From: an uncultured Planctomycetota bacterium
GTDB lineage: Bacteria; Planctomycetota; Planctomycetia; Gemmatales; Gemmataceae
Direction of reading: 5' to 3'
DNA length: 64,000 nt
Assembly (NCBI GenBank): GCA_963849325.1
Contig: CAWKHF010000002.1
Span: forward strand, 864,001 to 928,000
The translations under genes and the position numbers were made by a program. Each line of letters starts with the position of its first letter. Position 1 is the stretch's first letter. Positions 18,474-29,466 of the stretch are shown here, in pieces. Under the pieces are notes generated by a model, which was not told the DNA's origin, made no database searches, and saw only the letters and a program-made list of their open reading frames with translations.

Positions 18474-20472
18474 CGTGCGTCCCTACCTGTGGCTAATCCC
18501 GGCCCTGCCGCTGGCCGCGGCGGCCGTGACCGGCCTCTTCGGCCCGCGATTGCTCCGCCGCCACAGCCATTGGCCGTGCATCGTCGCCGCCGCCGGCTCC
18601 TGCCTCGTGTCCATCCTGGTCTTGATGGCCGTCTATCGCGGGGGAGAGCAGCTGCCGTCCGCCTATTACGAATGGATCAAGGTCGGCGACGCCGGCGCCG
18701 GCCGCGGTATCGACGTCGGCTTCGCCCTCCGGGCCGACGCCCTCAGCGCCGTGATGGCGGTGACGGTCACGTTTATCAGCATGCTCATCGCCATCTATTC
18801 CGCCGGCTACATGCACGGCGACGAGGGCTACGCGCGCTTCTTCGCCGAGGTGGCCCTGTTCGTGTTCAGCATGACCACGCTGGTTCTCGCCGACAATTTC
18901 GCTCTCTTGTATCTCGGATGGGAGGGCGTGGGCCTGTGCAGCTATCTGCTCATCGGTTTCTGGTTCACGAAGCCGTCGGCGGCGGACGCCGCCCGCAAGG
19001 CCTTTCTGGTGACACGCCTGGGCGACATGGGACTGCTCATCGGCATCCTGCTTTTGTGGTTCCAGTTCGGCCACCACCTGGATTACCCGCACGTCTTCGA
19101 GCACGTCCAGCAGGCGCACCAGGCCGGGACCCTCGATGGAGGTATGCTGACGGCCGCCTGCCTGCTGCTCTTGTGCGGCGCCGTCGGCAAATCGGCGCAG
19201 TTTCCGCTGCACGTCTGGTTGCCCGACGCCATGGAAGGCCCATCGCCGGTCAGCGCCCTCATTCATGCCGCGACGATGGTGACGGCCGGCGTCTACCTGA
19301 TCGCCCGCTGTGCGCCGCTGTTCGAGCTGGCCCCCGAGGCCCAGGTCGTGGTCGCCTGCCTGGGCGGTTTCACGGCGATCTTCTCGGCCGTCATCGCCCT
19401 GACGCAGAACGACCTCAAGCGCTTGCTGGCCTACTCGACGCTCAGCCAACTCGGTTACATGTTCCTCGCCGTGGGCTGCGGCATCGTCACCGCAGAGCGC
19501 TCGCTGGTGGCCTTCGGCGTCATCGCGGCGATCTTCCATTTGTTCACGCACGCCTTCTTCAAGGCGCTGCTCTTTCTCAGCGCCGGCAGCGTCATGCACG
19601 CGATGGGCAACGTCATCGACATGCGGCGGTTCAGTGGTTTGCGCCGCGTGTTGCCGATCACGCACTGGACTTTCCTGTGCGGCGCCCTCGCATTGGCCGG
19701 CTTTCCGCTGTTGTCGGGCTTCTGGAGCAAGGACGCGATCCTCGATGTCGCCTGGGAGGCCGGCCAGGATGCCGACGCCTATCGGACAATCTATCTGCTC
19801 CTGTGGCTGGCCGGGATCATCACCGCCGGCCTGACGGCGTTCTACACGTTCCGCGCCTACTTCCTGACCTTCTGGGGCGAGCCGCGTATCCCGCCGGAGG
19901 CGTTCGCGCACCACCACGGCCACGCCGCGCACGGCTCGACGCCGCACCTGGAAGCGCCGCCCGTGATGACCGTGCCGCTGATGATCCTGGCCGTCTTCGC
20001 GGTCGGCGTCGGCTTCGTCGTGGGTCCGATGACGCATTGGTTCGGGGATTTCCTGACGCGGACGCCGGGACTGCCGATCGTCCAACTGGAGTTGAACTGG
20101 CCGATGATGGGCGTCAGTTCGCTGGTGGCGCTGGGCGGCATCGGCCTGGCCTGGCTGATGTACGTCCGTCAGCCGGGGTTGGCCGGCCAGCTCGCCAACG
20201 CCGCGCCGAAACTGTACCAGCTGTCGCTGAACAAGTTCCACATCGATGAGTTGTACGATACGTTTATTCTCAAACCGTTGGCCGGCTTCACGGCGTTCAT
20301 CCGCATCTTCGACCTGTACGTGCTGGATGGTCTGGTCGATCTGATTGGCCACATCCCGCGAGCGATTGGCTTCCGTTTTCGCCCCGTGCAGAACGGCCTG
20401 GTGCAGTTTTACGCCCTGGCGATGGTGCTGGGTCTGACCGTGTTCCTGATCGCCCTGGTGACGCGACTGTAA
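18466..20472 (+). CDS. nuoL: NADH-quinone oxidoreductase subunit L
   Basis: GWEGVGLCSYLLIGFW, GKSAQFPLHVWLPDAMEGPSPVSALIHAATMV, HAFFKALLFL. Confidence 0.97.
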   Translation: MSDVRPYLWLIPALPLAAAAVTGLFGPRLLRRHSHWPCIVAAAGSCLVSILVLMAVYRGGEQLPSAYYEWIKVGDAGAGRGIDVGFALRADALSAVMAVTVTFISMLIAIYSAGYMHGDEGYARFFAEVALFVFSMTTLVLADNFALLYLGWEGVGLCSYLLIGFWFTKPSAADAARKAFLVTRLGDMGLLIGILLLWFQFGHHLDYPHVFEHVQQAHQAGTLDGGMLTAACLLLLCGAVGKSAQFPLHVWLPDAMEGPSPVSALIHAATMVTAGVYLIARCAPLFELAPEAQVVVACLGGFTAIFSAVIALTQNDLKRLLAYSTLSQLGYMFLAVGCGIVTAERSLVAFGVIAAIFHLFTHAFFKALLFLSAGSVMHAMGNVIDMRRFSGLRRVLPITHWTFLCGALALAGFPLLSGFWSKDAILDVAWEAGQDADAYRTIYLLLWLAGIITAGLTAFYTFRAYFLTFWGEPRIPPEAFAHHHGHAAHGSTPHLEAPPVMTVPLMILAVFAVGVGFVVGPMTHWFGDFLTRTPGLPIVQLELNWPMMGVSSLVALGGIGLAWLMYVRQPGLAGQLANAAPKLYQLSLNKFHIDELYDTFILKPLAGFTAFIRIFDLYVLDGLVDLIGHIPRAIGFRFRPVQNGLVQFYALAMVLGLTVFLIALVTRL

Positions 20473-20481
20473 ACGAATAAC

Positions 20482-20516
20482 AGCCGCTTGCGGCGTGGTG
20501 CTAAGCCGCAAGAGGC
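20482..20516. repeat. Short REP-like palindrome, copy 2
   Basis: AGCCGCTTGCGGCGTGGTGCTAAGCCGCAAGAGGC after the nuoL stop; shares AGCCGCTTGCGG with 10877. Confidence 0.65.
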
Positions 20517-20530
20517 CGGAAGAAAAACAC

Positions 20531-22317
20531 ATGCCGGAACTGTTATTGTTGCTGCTGACGCTGCCACTGGTGACGGCCATTGGGACGGCCGTCCTCGGTC
20601 CCGGCCGCGCTCGGGTGGTACGCTGGCTGAGCCTGGCGAGTACGCTCGCCAGCCTGCTCGTGGCCATCGTCATCACGATTCAGTTCGCCATCCCGCGCGT
20701 CCACGAGGAGCCGGCGGTTGTCACGTCCCGAAGCCCGTTAACCTTCAACCCGGACTTCCGGACGCGCCTGGATCTGCTGCCGCTGCACGCCACCGAGGGC
20801 CGCGTGGACAGCGCCATCCAGTTCTACGTCGGCATCGACGGCCTGAACGTATGGCTGATCCTGCTGACGGCGCTGCTCATGTTCACGAGTGTACTGGTGT
20901 CGTGGACGGCGATCGTCGATCGCGTCCACGAGTTCCACGCCTGGCTGTTTGTCTTGCAGCTGGGCATGACCGGCGTGTTCGCCTCGTTCGACGTCATCCT
21001 GTTTTACGTTTTCTTCGAGTTGACGCTGGTGCCGCTGTTCTTTCTCATCGGCATCTGGGGCGGCCCGCAGCGACAATACGCCGCCCGCAAGTTCTTCATC
21101 TACACGCTGACCGGCAGCCTCCTCACGCTGCTGGGCGTCATCGGCATCGCGCTGGTTGTGCCGCAGATCGATCCCGGCAATAACTCCCGACTGACGTTCG
21201 CCATCCCCGAGTTGGTGGCCGCGGTCGATTCGCTCAACCGCCAGCTCCCCAACGACGTCCGTCAGGAAGAACGCCTACTCAACGAGGCCGCGGGAGCCAA
21301 CCGCGACGCGGCGGCGCTGGAGACGGCGCGCGATCGGCTCGACTACTGGCGACGGGTGCAGTTGTGGGTCTTCATCGCCATGATGTGCGGCTTCGCCGTC
21401 AAGGTGCCGATGGTGCCGCTGCACACCTGGCTGCCGCTGGCCCACGTCGAGGCGCCGACGGCGGGCAGCGTGCTCCTGGCCGGCGTTCTGCTCAAGCTCG
21501 GCACCTATGGCTTTCTGCGCCTGTGCCTGCCGCTGGCTCCCGACGCCAGCCTGCGCTTCGGCGTGCCGGTGCTCGGCACCCTGGCCGTCGTCGGCATCCT
21601 CTACGGCGCCTTCTGCTCTCTGGGCCAGGACGACATCAAGAAACTCGTCGCCTATTCCAGTGTCAGCCACCTCGGCTATTGCATGCTCGGCCTGTTCGCC
21701 CTCAACGAGGTCGGCCTGACCGGCAGCCTGTTGCAGATGATTAACCACGGCCTGTCCACCGGCGCGCTGTTCTTGCTGGTCGGCATGCTTTACGAACGCT
21801 ATCACACGCGGCAGATGGCCGATTATGGTGGCATGGGCGCCCGCTTGCATCTGCTGGGCACCTTCATGGTGTTCATCACCCTGTCGAGCATTGGTCTCCC
21901 GGGCTTGAACGGCTTCCTCGGCGAGTTCCTGGTGTTGGCCGGCATGTACGATTTCGACGGACCCCAGGTGCGCGGACCCCTGCTGGCCGTTCTGGGCGCC
22001 GGCGGGGTGCTCCTGGGCGCCTGGTACATGCTGACGATGATTCGTCGGGTGTTCTGCGGCGCGGTCAAGGAACCGCACCACGAGGGACACGGCCCCGTCG
22101 GCGACCTGAATGGACGCGAATTGGCCGCGCTGTTGCCGATCGCGGTCGTGTGCCTGGCGCTGGGCGTCTTCCCCAAGCCGTTCTTCGATACGGTGCGGCC
22201 GGAGATCCAAGTGGTGGCCCGCATCGCCGACGAGGCGCGCAACGCGCCGCGCCGCCCTCGGCCTCCACCGCTTCAAGCGCCGACACTCAACAAGCCGCGA
22301 CGACCTTGGAGAAGTAA
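20531..22317 (+). CDS. nuoM: NADH-quinone oxidoreductase subunit M (probable 1-nt deletion near 22242 creates an apparent fusion to nuoN)
   Basis: FYVFFELTLVP, VKVPMVPLHTWLPLAHVEAPTAGS, GLPGLNGFLGEF; alternate frame ends RAAPPSASTASSADTQQAATTLEK** at 22315-22320. Confidence 0.92.
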
Positions 22318-22321
22318 TAAC

Positions 22322-23989
22322 GTGGACCCCAACCTCGTCACGGCCCTGACCGGCTTCTTCCCCTACCTCGGCCCCGAGATGATCCTCGGCGGCGTCGCTT
22401 GCCTGCTCTTTCTCGGCGGGACGTGGCGTTCCAACCGTCATCTGTGGGGAGGCGTGGCCCTGGCGGCCCTGCTCGTGGCGGGTCTAGTCCTGCTGCTGAA
22501 ACCGCTGCCGCACTTCGACTCCACCAGCGCCGCCGACGCCGTTCGCTACGCCAGCCCGCTGCTGCTCGATCGCCTCGCCTTGCTCCTTCGCTTCGTGGCC
22601 ATCGCCGGCGGCATTCTCCTCGTGCTGCTCAGCTGGGACGCCATGCCCGACCGGCAGGCGGCGGACTATCACGCTTGCCTGCTCCTCATGGTTGCCGGCA
22701 TGGGTCTGACCGGCGCGTCCAACGAACTCGTGACACTCTTCCTCGCCCTGGAGCTGACGAGCATCCCGACCTACGTGATTCTCTACCTGGGGCGGAGCAC
22801 GCTGCCGGGCGGTGAACTCGATGGCTCCGCCCAGGAAGCGGCCTTGAAGTATTTCCTGCTCAGCGTGTTCTCGTCGGCGCTGACGCTGTTCGGCTTCAGC
22901 TATCTCTATGGTCTCTCCGGTACGACCAATCTGCCGGGAGTGGTCGCCGCCTTCAACGCCGGCCAGGGCGACTCGGCCCTTTCGGGGCTGGGCATGGTGG
23001 CGCTGGTCATGGTCGTGGCCGGCCTGGGTTTTCGCCTCACGGCGGTGCCATTCCACTTCTACGCCCCCGACGTGTATCAGGGCACGACGACGGCGGCGGC
23101 AGCGCTCTTGGCCTTCGTGCCCAAGGTGGCCGGCTTCGCCGCCCTGGTGCGCGTACTCGGCTTCGTCTTTCCATCGCTGTCGGAGGGCGTGTTCGAGGCG
23201 CGCATCTCGCTATCGCCGGTGCTGGGCGATCAGGTTCCGGTCCTGCTGTGGATCATGGCCGCCGTGACGATGACGCTGGGCAACGTGCTCGGTCTGTTAC
23301 AGGACAACTTGCGGCGACTGCTGGCGTATTCCAGCGTGGCTCACGCCGGCTACATGCTCATCGGCCTGGCCGTCGCTCCGAAGCTGGTGACGCGGCCCGA
23401 GGCGATGGTGGACGGCGTCGATGCGGTGTTCTTCTACCTGGTGGCCTACGCGGCCATGACCCTCGGTGCCTTCGGCATCCTGCAATACCTCCACACGCGC
23501 GGCCAGCGGGCGGAGATGATGGACGACCTCGCTGGGCTGGGACGCAGCCGTCCGGGCGTGGCCCTGCTGATGGTACTGTTCCTTTTTAGTCTCATCGGCA
23601 TCCCGCTGACGGCCGGCTTCATGGGTAAGTTTTTGCTCTTCGCCGGGGCGCTGGACGTGCCCGCCAGTCCCGACGTGGCGGCCTCGCTGGAGCAGCGGAA
23701 GTTGTTCATCGTCCTGGCGGTGCTGGCGGCGATCAACGCGGCCATCGGCGGCTGGTACTATCTGCGCATCGCCGCCGTGATGTACTTGCGCGAGCCGTCG
23801 CCGTCGGCGCCGACGGTCGCCGACAAGGCGATACGCTCGTGGCCGGTGCTGGCCGCCGTCTGGCTGTGCGCGGCGCTGACGCTGGGGATCGGCGTCTATC
23901 CCGCGCCACTGAAAAAAGCCGTGCAGCAGGCCGTGCCGCGCTTCGCGGATAACCTGACGCTCCCGGAGACCGCTCGAGCGCAGCCGTGA
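22322..23989 (+). CDS. nuoN: NADH-quinone oxidoreductase subunit N
   Basis: GTG 22322 after GGAGAAG; EAALKYFLLS, AVPFHFYAPDVYQG, RLLAYSSVAHAGY, GIPLTAGFMGKF. Confidence 0.95.
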   Translation: MDPNLVTALTGFFPYLGPEMILGGVACLLFLGGTWRSNRHLWGGVALAALLVAGLVLLLKPLPHFDSTSAADAVRYASPLLLDRLALLLRFVAIAGGILLVLLSWDAMPDRQAADYHACLLLMVAGMGLTGASNELVTLFLALELTSIPTYVILYLGRSTLPGGELDGSAQEAALKYFLLSVFSSALTLFGFSYLYGLSGTTNLPGVVAAFNAGQGDSALSGLGMVALVMVVAGLGFRLTAVPFHFYAPDVYQGTTTAAAALLAFVPKVAGFAALVRVLGFVFPSLSEGVFEARISLSPVLGDQVPVLLWIMAAVTMTLGNVLGLLQDNLRRLLAYSSVAHAGYMLIGLAVAPKLVTRPEAMVDGVDAVFFYLVAYAAMTLGAFGILQYLHTRGQRAEMMDDLAGLGRSRPGVALLMVLFLFSLIGIPLTAGFMGKFLLFAGALDVPASPDVAASLEQRKLFIVLAVLAAINAAIGGWYYLRIAAVMYLREPSPSAPTVADKAIRSWPVLAAVWLCAALTLGIGVYPAPLKKAVQQAVPRFADNLTLPETARAQP

Positions 23990-24011
23990 GGACGCTCGGA
24001 GACTCCCGATC

Positions 24012-25013
24012 GTGTCGTCTTCTCCAACCGAGTCCGCCGTTTTCGCGGTCCTCGCACACTATCCGGCCTCCTGTCGTCCGGGAATGATCGCGCCGCTCGG
24101 CAATCGTGGTGGATTTAGTGGAGCCTCTCTCTGGCGCATCGATAGTCCCGCGGGATCGTGGTGTTTGCGTGCCTGGCCTGCCCACGAAACTGGGCCGCGC
24201 CTCTCCTTTCGTCATGAATTGATGAAAGGAGCACGTCAGCACGGCCTGTATTTCGTCCCCTCGGTGCTCTCCGCACACGATGGCGCCACCGGAATCGAAC
24301 AGGACGAACGCTGGTGGGAGATGACGGAATGGATGCCCGGCCGTGCGAACTTCCGCGAATCGCCCTCCCGCGCTCGCCTCGAATCGGCCTGCGCGGCCCT
24401 GGCTCAGCTGCACACCGTTTGGCGCCGCGCTTCCAGCGCGACCGGCGGATACCCGGCCATCCAAAGACGGCGCGAGTTCCTTGACGAATGGCATCGTCTC
24501 TTGCGCTCCGGCTGGCAGCCCCTTGCCGCGGCCGGCCGCGACGACCCGTTGTTTCCTCTCCTCGAACGGGTCTGGCCTCGTCTGCCTGCCGCCCTCGCAA
24601 CCGCATCGGCGCGGTTGCGACGCTGGGGCCGGCGAAGGGGACGCTTGCAGCCGTGCCTGTGCGATCTCTGGCACGATCATCTCCTTTTCGTGGAGGAGCA
24701 CGTCCGGGGAGTGATCGACTATGGCGCGGTCAAAATCGATCATGTCGCGGTAGACCTGGCTCGAATGCTCGGCAGTCTGGTGGGGAGCGATCCGGCCGGC
24801 TGGCAGACGGGGTTGGACACCTACCGTCGCCTCGCTCCGTTAACGCCGGAGGAGGAGGAGTTGGCCCACGACCTGGACGAGACGGGCGTCGTCCTGGGCG
24901 TGGCGAACTGGTTGCGCTGGCTGTACGCGGAAAAGCGACCTTTCGAGGATCGCATGGCCATCGCCCGGCGGCTGACGGAACTGATGGAGCGGCTGGACGC
25001 TTTCTCGGCATGA
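24012..25013 (+). CDS. Phosphotransferase of the APH / type II homoserine kinase family
   Basis: GGFSGASLWR P-loop, WEMTEWMPG, LAQLH, CDLWHDHLLF..GVIDYG, DLARML. Confidence 0.85.
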   Translation: MSSSPTESAVFAVLAHYPASCRPGMIAPLGNRGGFSGASLWRIDSPAGSWCLRAWPAHETGPRLSFRHELMKGARQHGLYFVPSVLSAHDGATGIEQDERWWEMTEWMPGRANFRESPSRARLESACAALAQLHTVWRRASSATGGYPAIQRRREFLDEWHRLLRSGWQPLAAAGRDDPLFPLLERVWPRLPAALATASARLRRWGRRRGRLQPCLCDLWHDHLLFVEEHVRGVIDYGAVKIDHVAVDLARMLGSLVGSDPAGWQTGLDTYRRLAPLTPEEEELAHDLDETGVVLGVANWLRWLYAEKRPFEDRMAIARRLTELMERLDAFSA

Positions 25014-25194
25014 CGGGGCGGCGGCAGAGGATCACCTTTTCGGGATAAAGTGAACAAGCAATCAGATATGGATGCAAAATGCCGCCTTTTATCTTTTCTT
25101 CATGAATCGTTTGCACGTCGGCCCTTCGTGTCCGTCTGTAAAGAGTGGAGGGCATCGTCGCCCTTCTCCTCTCTCCGTGTACGAGCGTGATGCT

Positions 25195-27122
25195 ATGGCG
25201 TCCGATGCGAATGTCGGCGGTCAGTGGGAACGGGTGGCCGCCGAACTGCGGGCCTGTCGGGAAGCCCAGCAGCGAGCCTGGGGCGAGATCGATAACACGA
25301 CCCTGGGCCGTTACCTGGCCGGGGAAGTCACCTCGGACGAACGTCACCAGATCGAAAGTGCCCTCCACGAATTACCCGAACTGCGCAAGCTGACCGAACT
25401 CGTGCGCGACGTGCTCGGCGAGTGCGAGGTTGTCTCCGAACCGGCGTCTCTTCCCTACGGTCCCGCCACCGTGCCTTTTGCTCAGCCTCAGACCCTGCGA
25501 GCGGTCGGCCTGACTCCACGAACACAAACAGCCGAGCCGGCACATCGTTGGGGGCCGCGCATGCCGGCCACTCGTTTCCGCCAACGTGCCGGGCTAGTCA
25601 CGGCGGCGACCGTGCTGTTGGCGTTGAGCGTCGCCCTGCCGCGCTCGGGCACGTTCTCGCCGTCCGACTCCTCCCTGGCGATGTCTCAGCCCGTGGCGCT
25701 CCACGGCGATCTGTCGGTCGCCCTCGCACTAGACGATCGCAACGCCCCTCTCGCCCGGTTGGGTAAGGGAGCGAGGGGCGAGCACAAGGAGCCGGACATG
25801 CTGCTGGCCCAGATCGACGCCTCGGTCCAGGCGCTGGAAGCGGAGGGCCGGCAGCACGAAGCGAAGACGCTGGCCCGTCAGTACGCCGATAATCTGACCC
25901 GCAAGGCGCTGTGTTATCAGGAGAAGGGCGACCTGGCCCGCGCCGAGCCGGCGCTCAACCAGGTGCGCACTCTCTGCGCCAAGACCCTGGGGGCACAGGC
26001 CCCGGAGACGGTTCGCACACGCCATACGCTCGCCGGGGTCTACGAGTACGCGCTGAACTCCGCGCCGTCTTCGGTCTACTTCCTCGGGACCACCCGTTCG
26101 CCTTCCTTCGTCGGCCCCGCGGCGCATGGCCTAGTAGACGGCCGCTTGAAGAAAAGCGCCGAGATGGCGAAGCCATCGTGGCATATCCTGGCGGAGAAGA
26201 GCCAGCGGCTCGGCCTGGGGGGAGGCACTCCGGTTCGTGTTTCGTCGGCTTACGAGCCAGACCTGCCGCCCTCGAACACATCGTTTTCCAGTGTGCTTCC
26301 CTCGACGTTGGTGCAACAGACGGCGGGGCTCGTCCTGCGGGAACGCCTCACCAGCCAGAGTCCGAGCGAGTTGAAAGTCTCGGTGGTGCCGGTCTTGACA
26401 CAGGCGCTCCGCGAGGCGAACAACGGCTTCGAGCGACAGCGGTTCGCTCAGGCGCTGGGCCAACTGGGGCCGGCCGCGCGCGAATCCGTGCCGGTCCTCC
26501 TCGACTGCTACCGCCAGGCGACGGAAACTCCCGAACAGACAAGCATCCTGCTCTCGCTCGGGCAGATCGGGCCGGTCGCTCGCCAGGCCGTCCCCGTGGT
26601 GATCGATTCCCTCCGCAGCGACTGCCCGGAGGTCCGGGATTGTGCGGCGCAGACCCTCGTGGAATTCGGGACGGCCGCCCGCCCCGCCGTCTTGCGGTTC
26701 ATTGAGGAACGTCCCACCGATCCGTTGCCGCGTCACGTCCTGCGCGGATCGACAGTCCGGAAGGGCGCAGCGGCATCGACGACACAGGTGGCTGTTTCAG
26801 TGTCCGCGCTCTCCAGCAAGCGCAGCGGGAGATCCGCCGACTGGCGAGGGTGTATCGTCTTGAGATCCGGATCGAGACGGCTCTTAGAACTGCCGCGGTT
26901 CCCCAGCAGGAGCAGGGCGAGCAGGGCATCTATCTGCGCATCAACCGGGAGGAGCCGCGCGTCCAGGTCCACGTCTCCGACGCGCTGAAAAAGCAAGGAT
27001 TGACCGATGCACGGCTGCGGCAGATGATGGAGCCACATCTGCGGAACAACGAGTACGACCGCAGTCTACGCGAAAGCGTTCGCTTTCTCGCCAGCTTCGA
27101 GAAGAAGCACGGCCAGAAGTAA
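25195..27122 (+). CDS. Membrane protein: anti-sigma-like N-terminus, TM, TPR, HEAT repeats, TPM-like C-terminus (indel near 26745)
   Basis: LGRYLAGEVTSDERHQIE; TM AGLVTAATVLLALSV; TPR YQEKGDLARAEPAL; HEAT ALGQLGPAARESVPVL; joins the 26850..27122 frame. Confidence 0.7.
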
Positions 27123-27135
27123 ACGGCCATCGATC

Positions 27136-29436
27136 TCACCCCAGCCCCCACCATCGCCGTAGGGTCCAGTCGGCCGTCAGGATCCCCAGCAGCAACAGCC
27201 ATAGCCCCGCGTGGTCCCAGACGGGGGTTTTCCGCACGATCACCTCGTCCGGTGCGCGGGTGCAGGTCTCCAGCACCCGGCGCAGCTCGGTCGCGCTGTG
27301 GAGCACCTCTCCCCCCGAGACGTGCGCGATCTCTTCCAGACGCGCCGGGTTCGGCTGCGGCTCGCGCAATTCCAGGGGATCGTCGCGGACCTGCAAGTCC
27401 AGCGTCGCTTGCGCGGCGATTTGCCCCTTGTCATAGGCGATCACGTCGAGGGCCACGACCCGCAGCCCGGCGAGAGGGTTTCCCGAAGCGATCGGCACTT
27501 GACGCAAGGGCGGCGTGGTCAACTCGCCTTCGTAAACGCGATCCGCACTGCGAGGAGCGAGGGTTTTTTCTTCCAGCAGCGGCGGCGGAGACGGCCCCGT
27601 GGACGGCCGCAAGCGGGCAACGAGCCGGTAACGATTCGTCTCTTCCAGCTTCTCATCGTAGGCGCGGGCGGCGACCTTGATCGGTTGGCCCGGCCGGTAA
27701 ATCACCTTGTCGGATTCGATGCGCAGGCGCCGATTGGCGCCGGCGGAGTTCTCGGCCAGCCAGAGGACGACGTTACGCCAGAACTTGCGGAAGTAGCGGT
27801 TGTCGCCGGCCTCGCCCCAACTCCTCTCGAAATGGAACCCCCAGTCCTCGGTGGTGTCCGTGCTCATGGCGAAGGTCCGCCCCTTGCCGTAGGGCTGGCA
27901 GGAGAAGACCGGCATGACGCCGACCCTCGGCAGCGGCCGATCGCTGTAGCCCAGGGCCGTCGCCGCCGGCTTGAGACGCTCGACCAGATTGCTGCCGCTG
28001 AAGGACGGCATGCGGTCGAGAATTCGCTGGTTTTGTACAGGATCGTCCACGAAGCGCCAGATCGGATGGCGCTCGGACTCGCGGGGGACCTTGACGGCGA
28101 ACGACACGCCCCAGCAGGTGCCGCGCCCCGGGCTTTGCGCTTGCCCGCTCATGTCCACGGGGATGAGTCCGTCCCAGACGGTGCGGTCCCAGAAGCCGGC
28201 GCCGAAGCTGGTGTTGCCGCCGACCATGGCGAAACCGCCGCCGCGTTTGTGGACCATCTCGACGGTCCAGTCGAGCTGATCCTGCGTGAAGGCGGTTCGG
28301 CTGATGTCGCTGCAAATAACCACGTCGTAGCCGAACAGTTCCTCGCGCGTGGTCGGATAGCCGCGGCGAGGATCGTTGAGCCGGTAGAGGATCGGGCGGA
28401 CGGCGTACTGGTTATTGACCTGCAGCACCAGGCAGTCGATGTTGGGATCTTCGGCCAGGGCGTCGCGGACCCAGCGGTACTCGTTGTTGAGCGTGCCTTC
28501 CATGTAGAGGACGCGGACCTTCGGCTTGCGGGCACCGATCTGAAAGTGGACCTGGTTGTTCTCCAGGATGGCCTCGCCGGGCAAGGGCGACACCTCGGCC
28601 AGCAATCGGCTGGCGGAAGCGTTGTAGTCCATGAGCAGTTCGTGCGTCTGTTCACCGTCCGTCAGGGTGACGGGCAGCGTCGCCAGCGGCCGGCGCCCCG
28701 GCTCGTCGAGCAAGCGGAGACGGACCTCGGCCCGGCGTCCCGCGTAGCCACGGCTGCGCACGACGACCCGGACGGGCAGACGGGCGCCGGCGGGAGCGTC
28801 ACGCGGGGCGACGACGTCCTCGATGGCCACGTCGCCGGCCACGCGGTCGCCCACGGGAAAGACGTGCAGCGGCACGCCCAGCCGGCGGTAGCCGGCCGCG
28901 ATCTCGGCGAAGCCGGTCGATTCCGTGCTCTGGCCGTCGGAGAAGATCACCACTCCCGCCGGAGGGCCGTCCGTGAAATGAGCCGGCAGCCGCTCCAGGG
29001 CGGCGAGCAGCCGCGTCGCGTCATCGGTCGGCCGCAGATCGTCCATGCCTTTAACGGCCGTTAGACGATCGCCAAAGTGGTAAATGCTGAGGCGCACGGC
29101 GTCGGCGGTGCGGGCATGGTGGCCCTGCTCGATCACCTGTTTGACCTGTTGCAGACGGCTGATCGGCCGGTCCAGGGCCATGCTCCGCGAGCAATCGACG
29201 AGGTAAACGACCTCCGGCGCGAGCGCCGGCAGCCGGGCCTCGGTGACGTGCGTGAGGTTCAGGAGGATCCCGATCAGCAGCGCCAGCACGGACCCCCGCA
29301 AGAGAAGCAAGGTCCAGCTGCGGGCGGCCGGCGTCCGGGCGGACCAGCGGGCGAGGAGCAAGAGGGCCAGCAGCGCGAGGCCCAGCCCGAGATAGGTCCA
29401 GAAGTTGTAAGGAGGCGACCATTCGTAAGTCGTCAT
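27136..29436 (-). CDS. Membrane-anchored vWA + Ig-like + glutamine amidotransferase-like (GATase1-like) domain protein
   Basis: N-terminal TMs, MIDAS LVDCSRSM..SDG, VLYMEG, YPTTREELFGYDVVICSD, GGGFAMVGG, C-terminal WTLRRWWGL. Confidence 0.85.
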   Translation of the reverse strand: MTTYEWSPPYNFWTYLGLGLALLALLLLARWSARTPAARSWTLLLLRGSVLALLIGILLNLTHVTEARLPALAPEVVYLVDCSRSMALDRPISRLQQVKQVIEQGHHARTADAVRLSIYHFGDRLTAVKGMDDLRPTDDATRLLAALERLPAHFTDGPPAGVVIFSDGQSTESTGFAEIAAGYRRLGVPLHVFPVGDRVAGDVAIEDVVAPRDAPAGARLPVRVVVRSRGYAGRRAEVRLRLLDEPGRRPLATLPVTLTDGEQTHELLMDYNASASRLLAEVSPLPGEAILENNQVHFQIGARKPKVRVLYMEGTLNNEYRWVRDALAEDPNIDCLVLQVNNQYAVRPILYRLNDPRRGYPTTREELFGYDVVICSDISRTAFTQDQLDWTVEMVHKRGGGFAMVGGNTSFGAGFWDRTVWDGLIPVDMSGQAQSPGRGTCWGVSFAVKVPRESERHPIWRFVDDPVQNQRILDRMPSFSGSNLVERLKPAATALGYSDRPLPRVGVMPVFSCQPYGKGRTFAMSTDTTEDWGFHFERSWGEAGDNRYFRKFWRNVVLWLAENSAGANRRLRIESDKVIYRPGQPIKVAARAYDEKLEETNRYRLVARLRPSTGPSPPPLLEEKTLAPRSADRVYEGELTTPPLRQVPIASGNPLAGLRVVALDVIAYDKGQIAAQATLDLQVRDDPLELREPQPNPARLEEIAHVSGGEVLHSATELRRVLETCTRAPDEVIVRKTPVWDHAGLWLLLLGILTADWTLRRWWGLG

Positions 29437-29466
29437 CAGATCCGTCCCGGCCAGAGGACAACGGCG

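Noticed and set aside
20495-23989. 1164-aa NuoM-NuoN fusion ORF
   Set aside because: An alternate frame gives a natural NuoM end with TAATAA at 22315-22320, followed by an RBS and GTG for nuoN; one missing base near 22242 explains it
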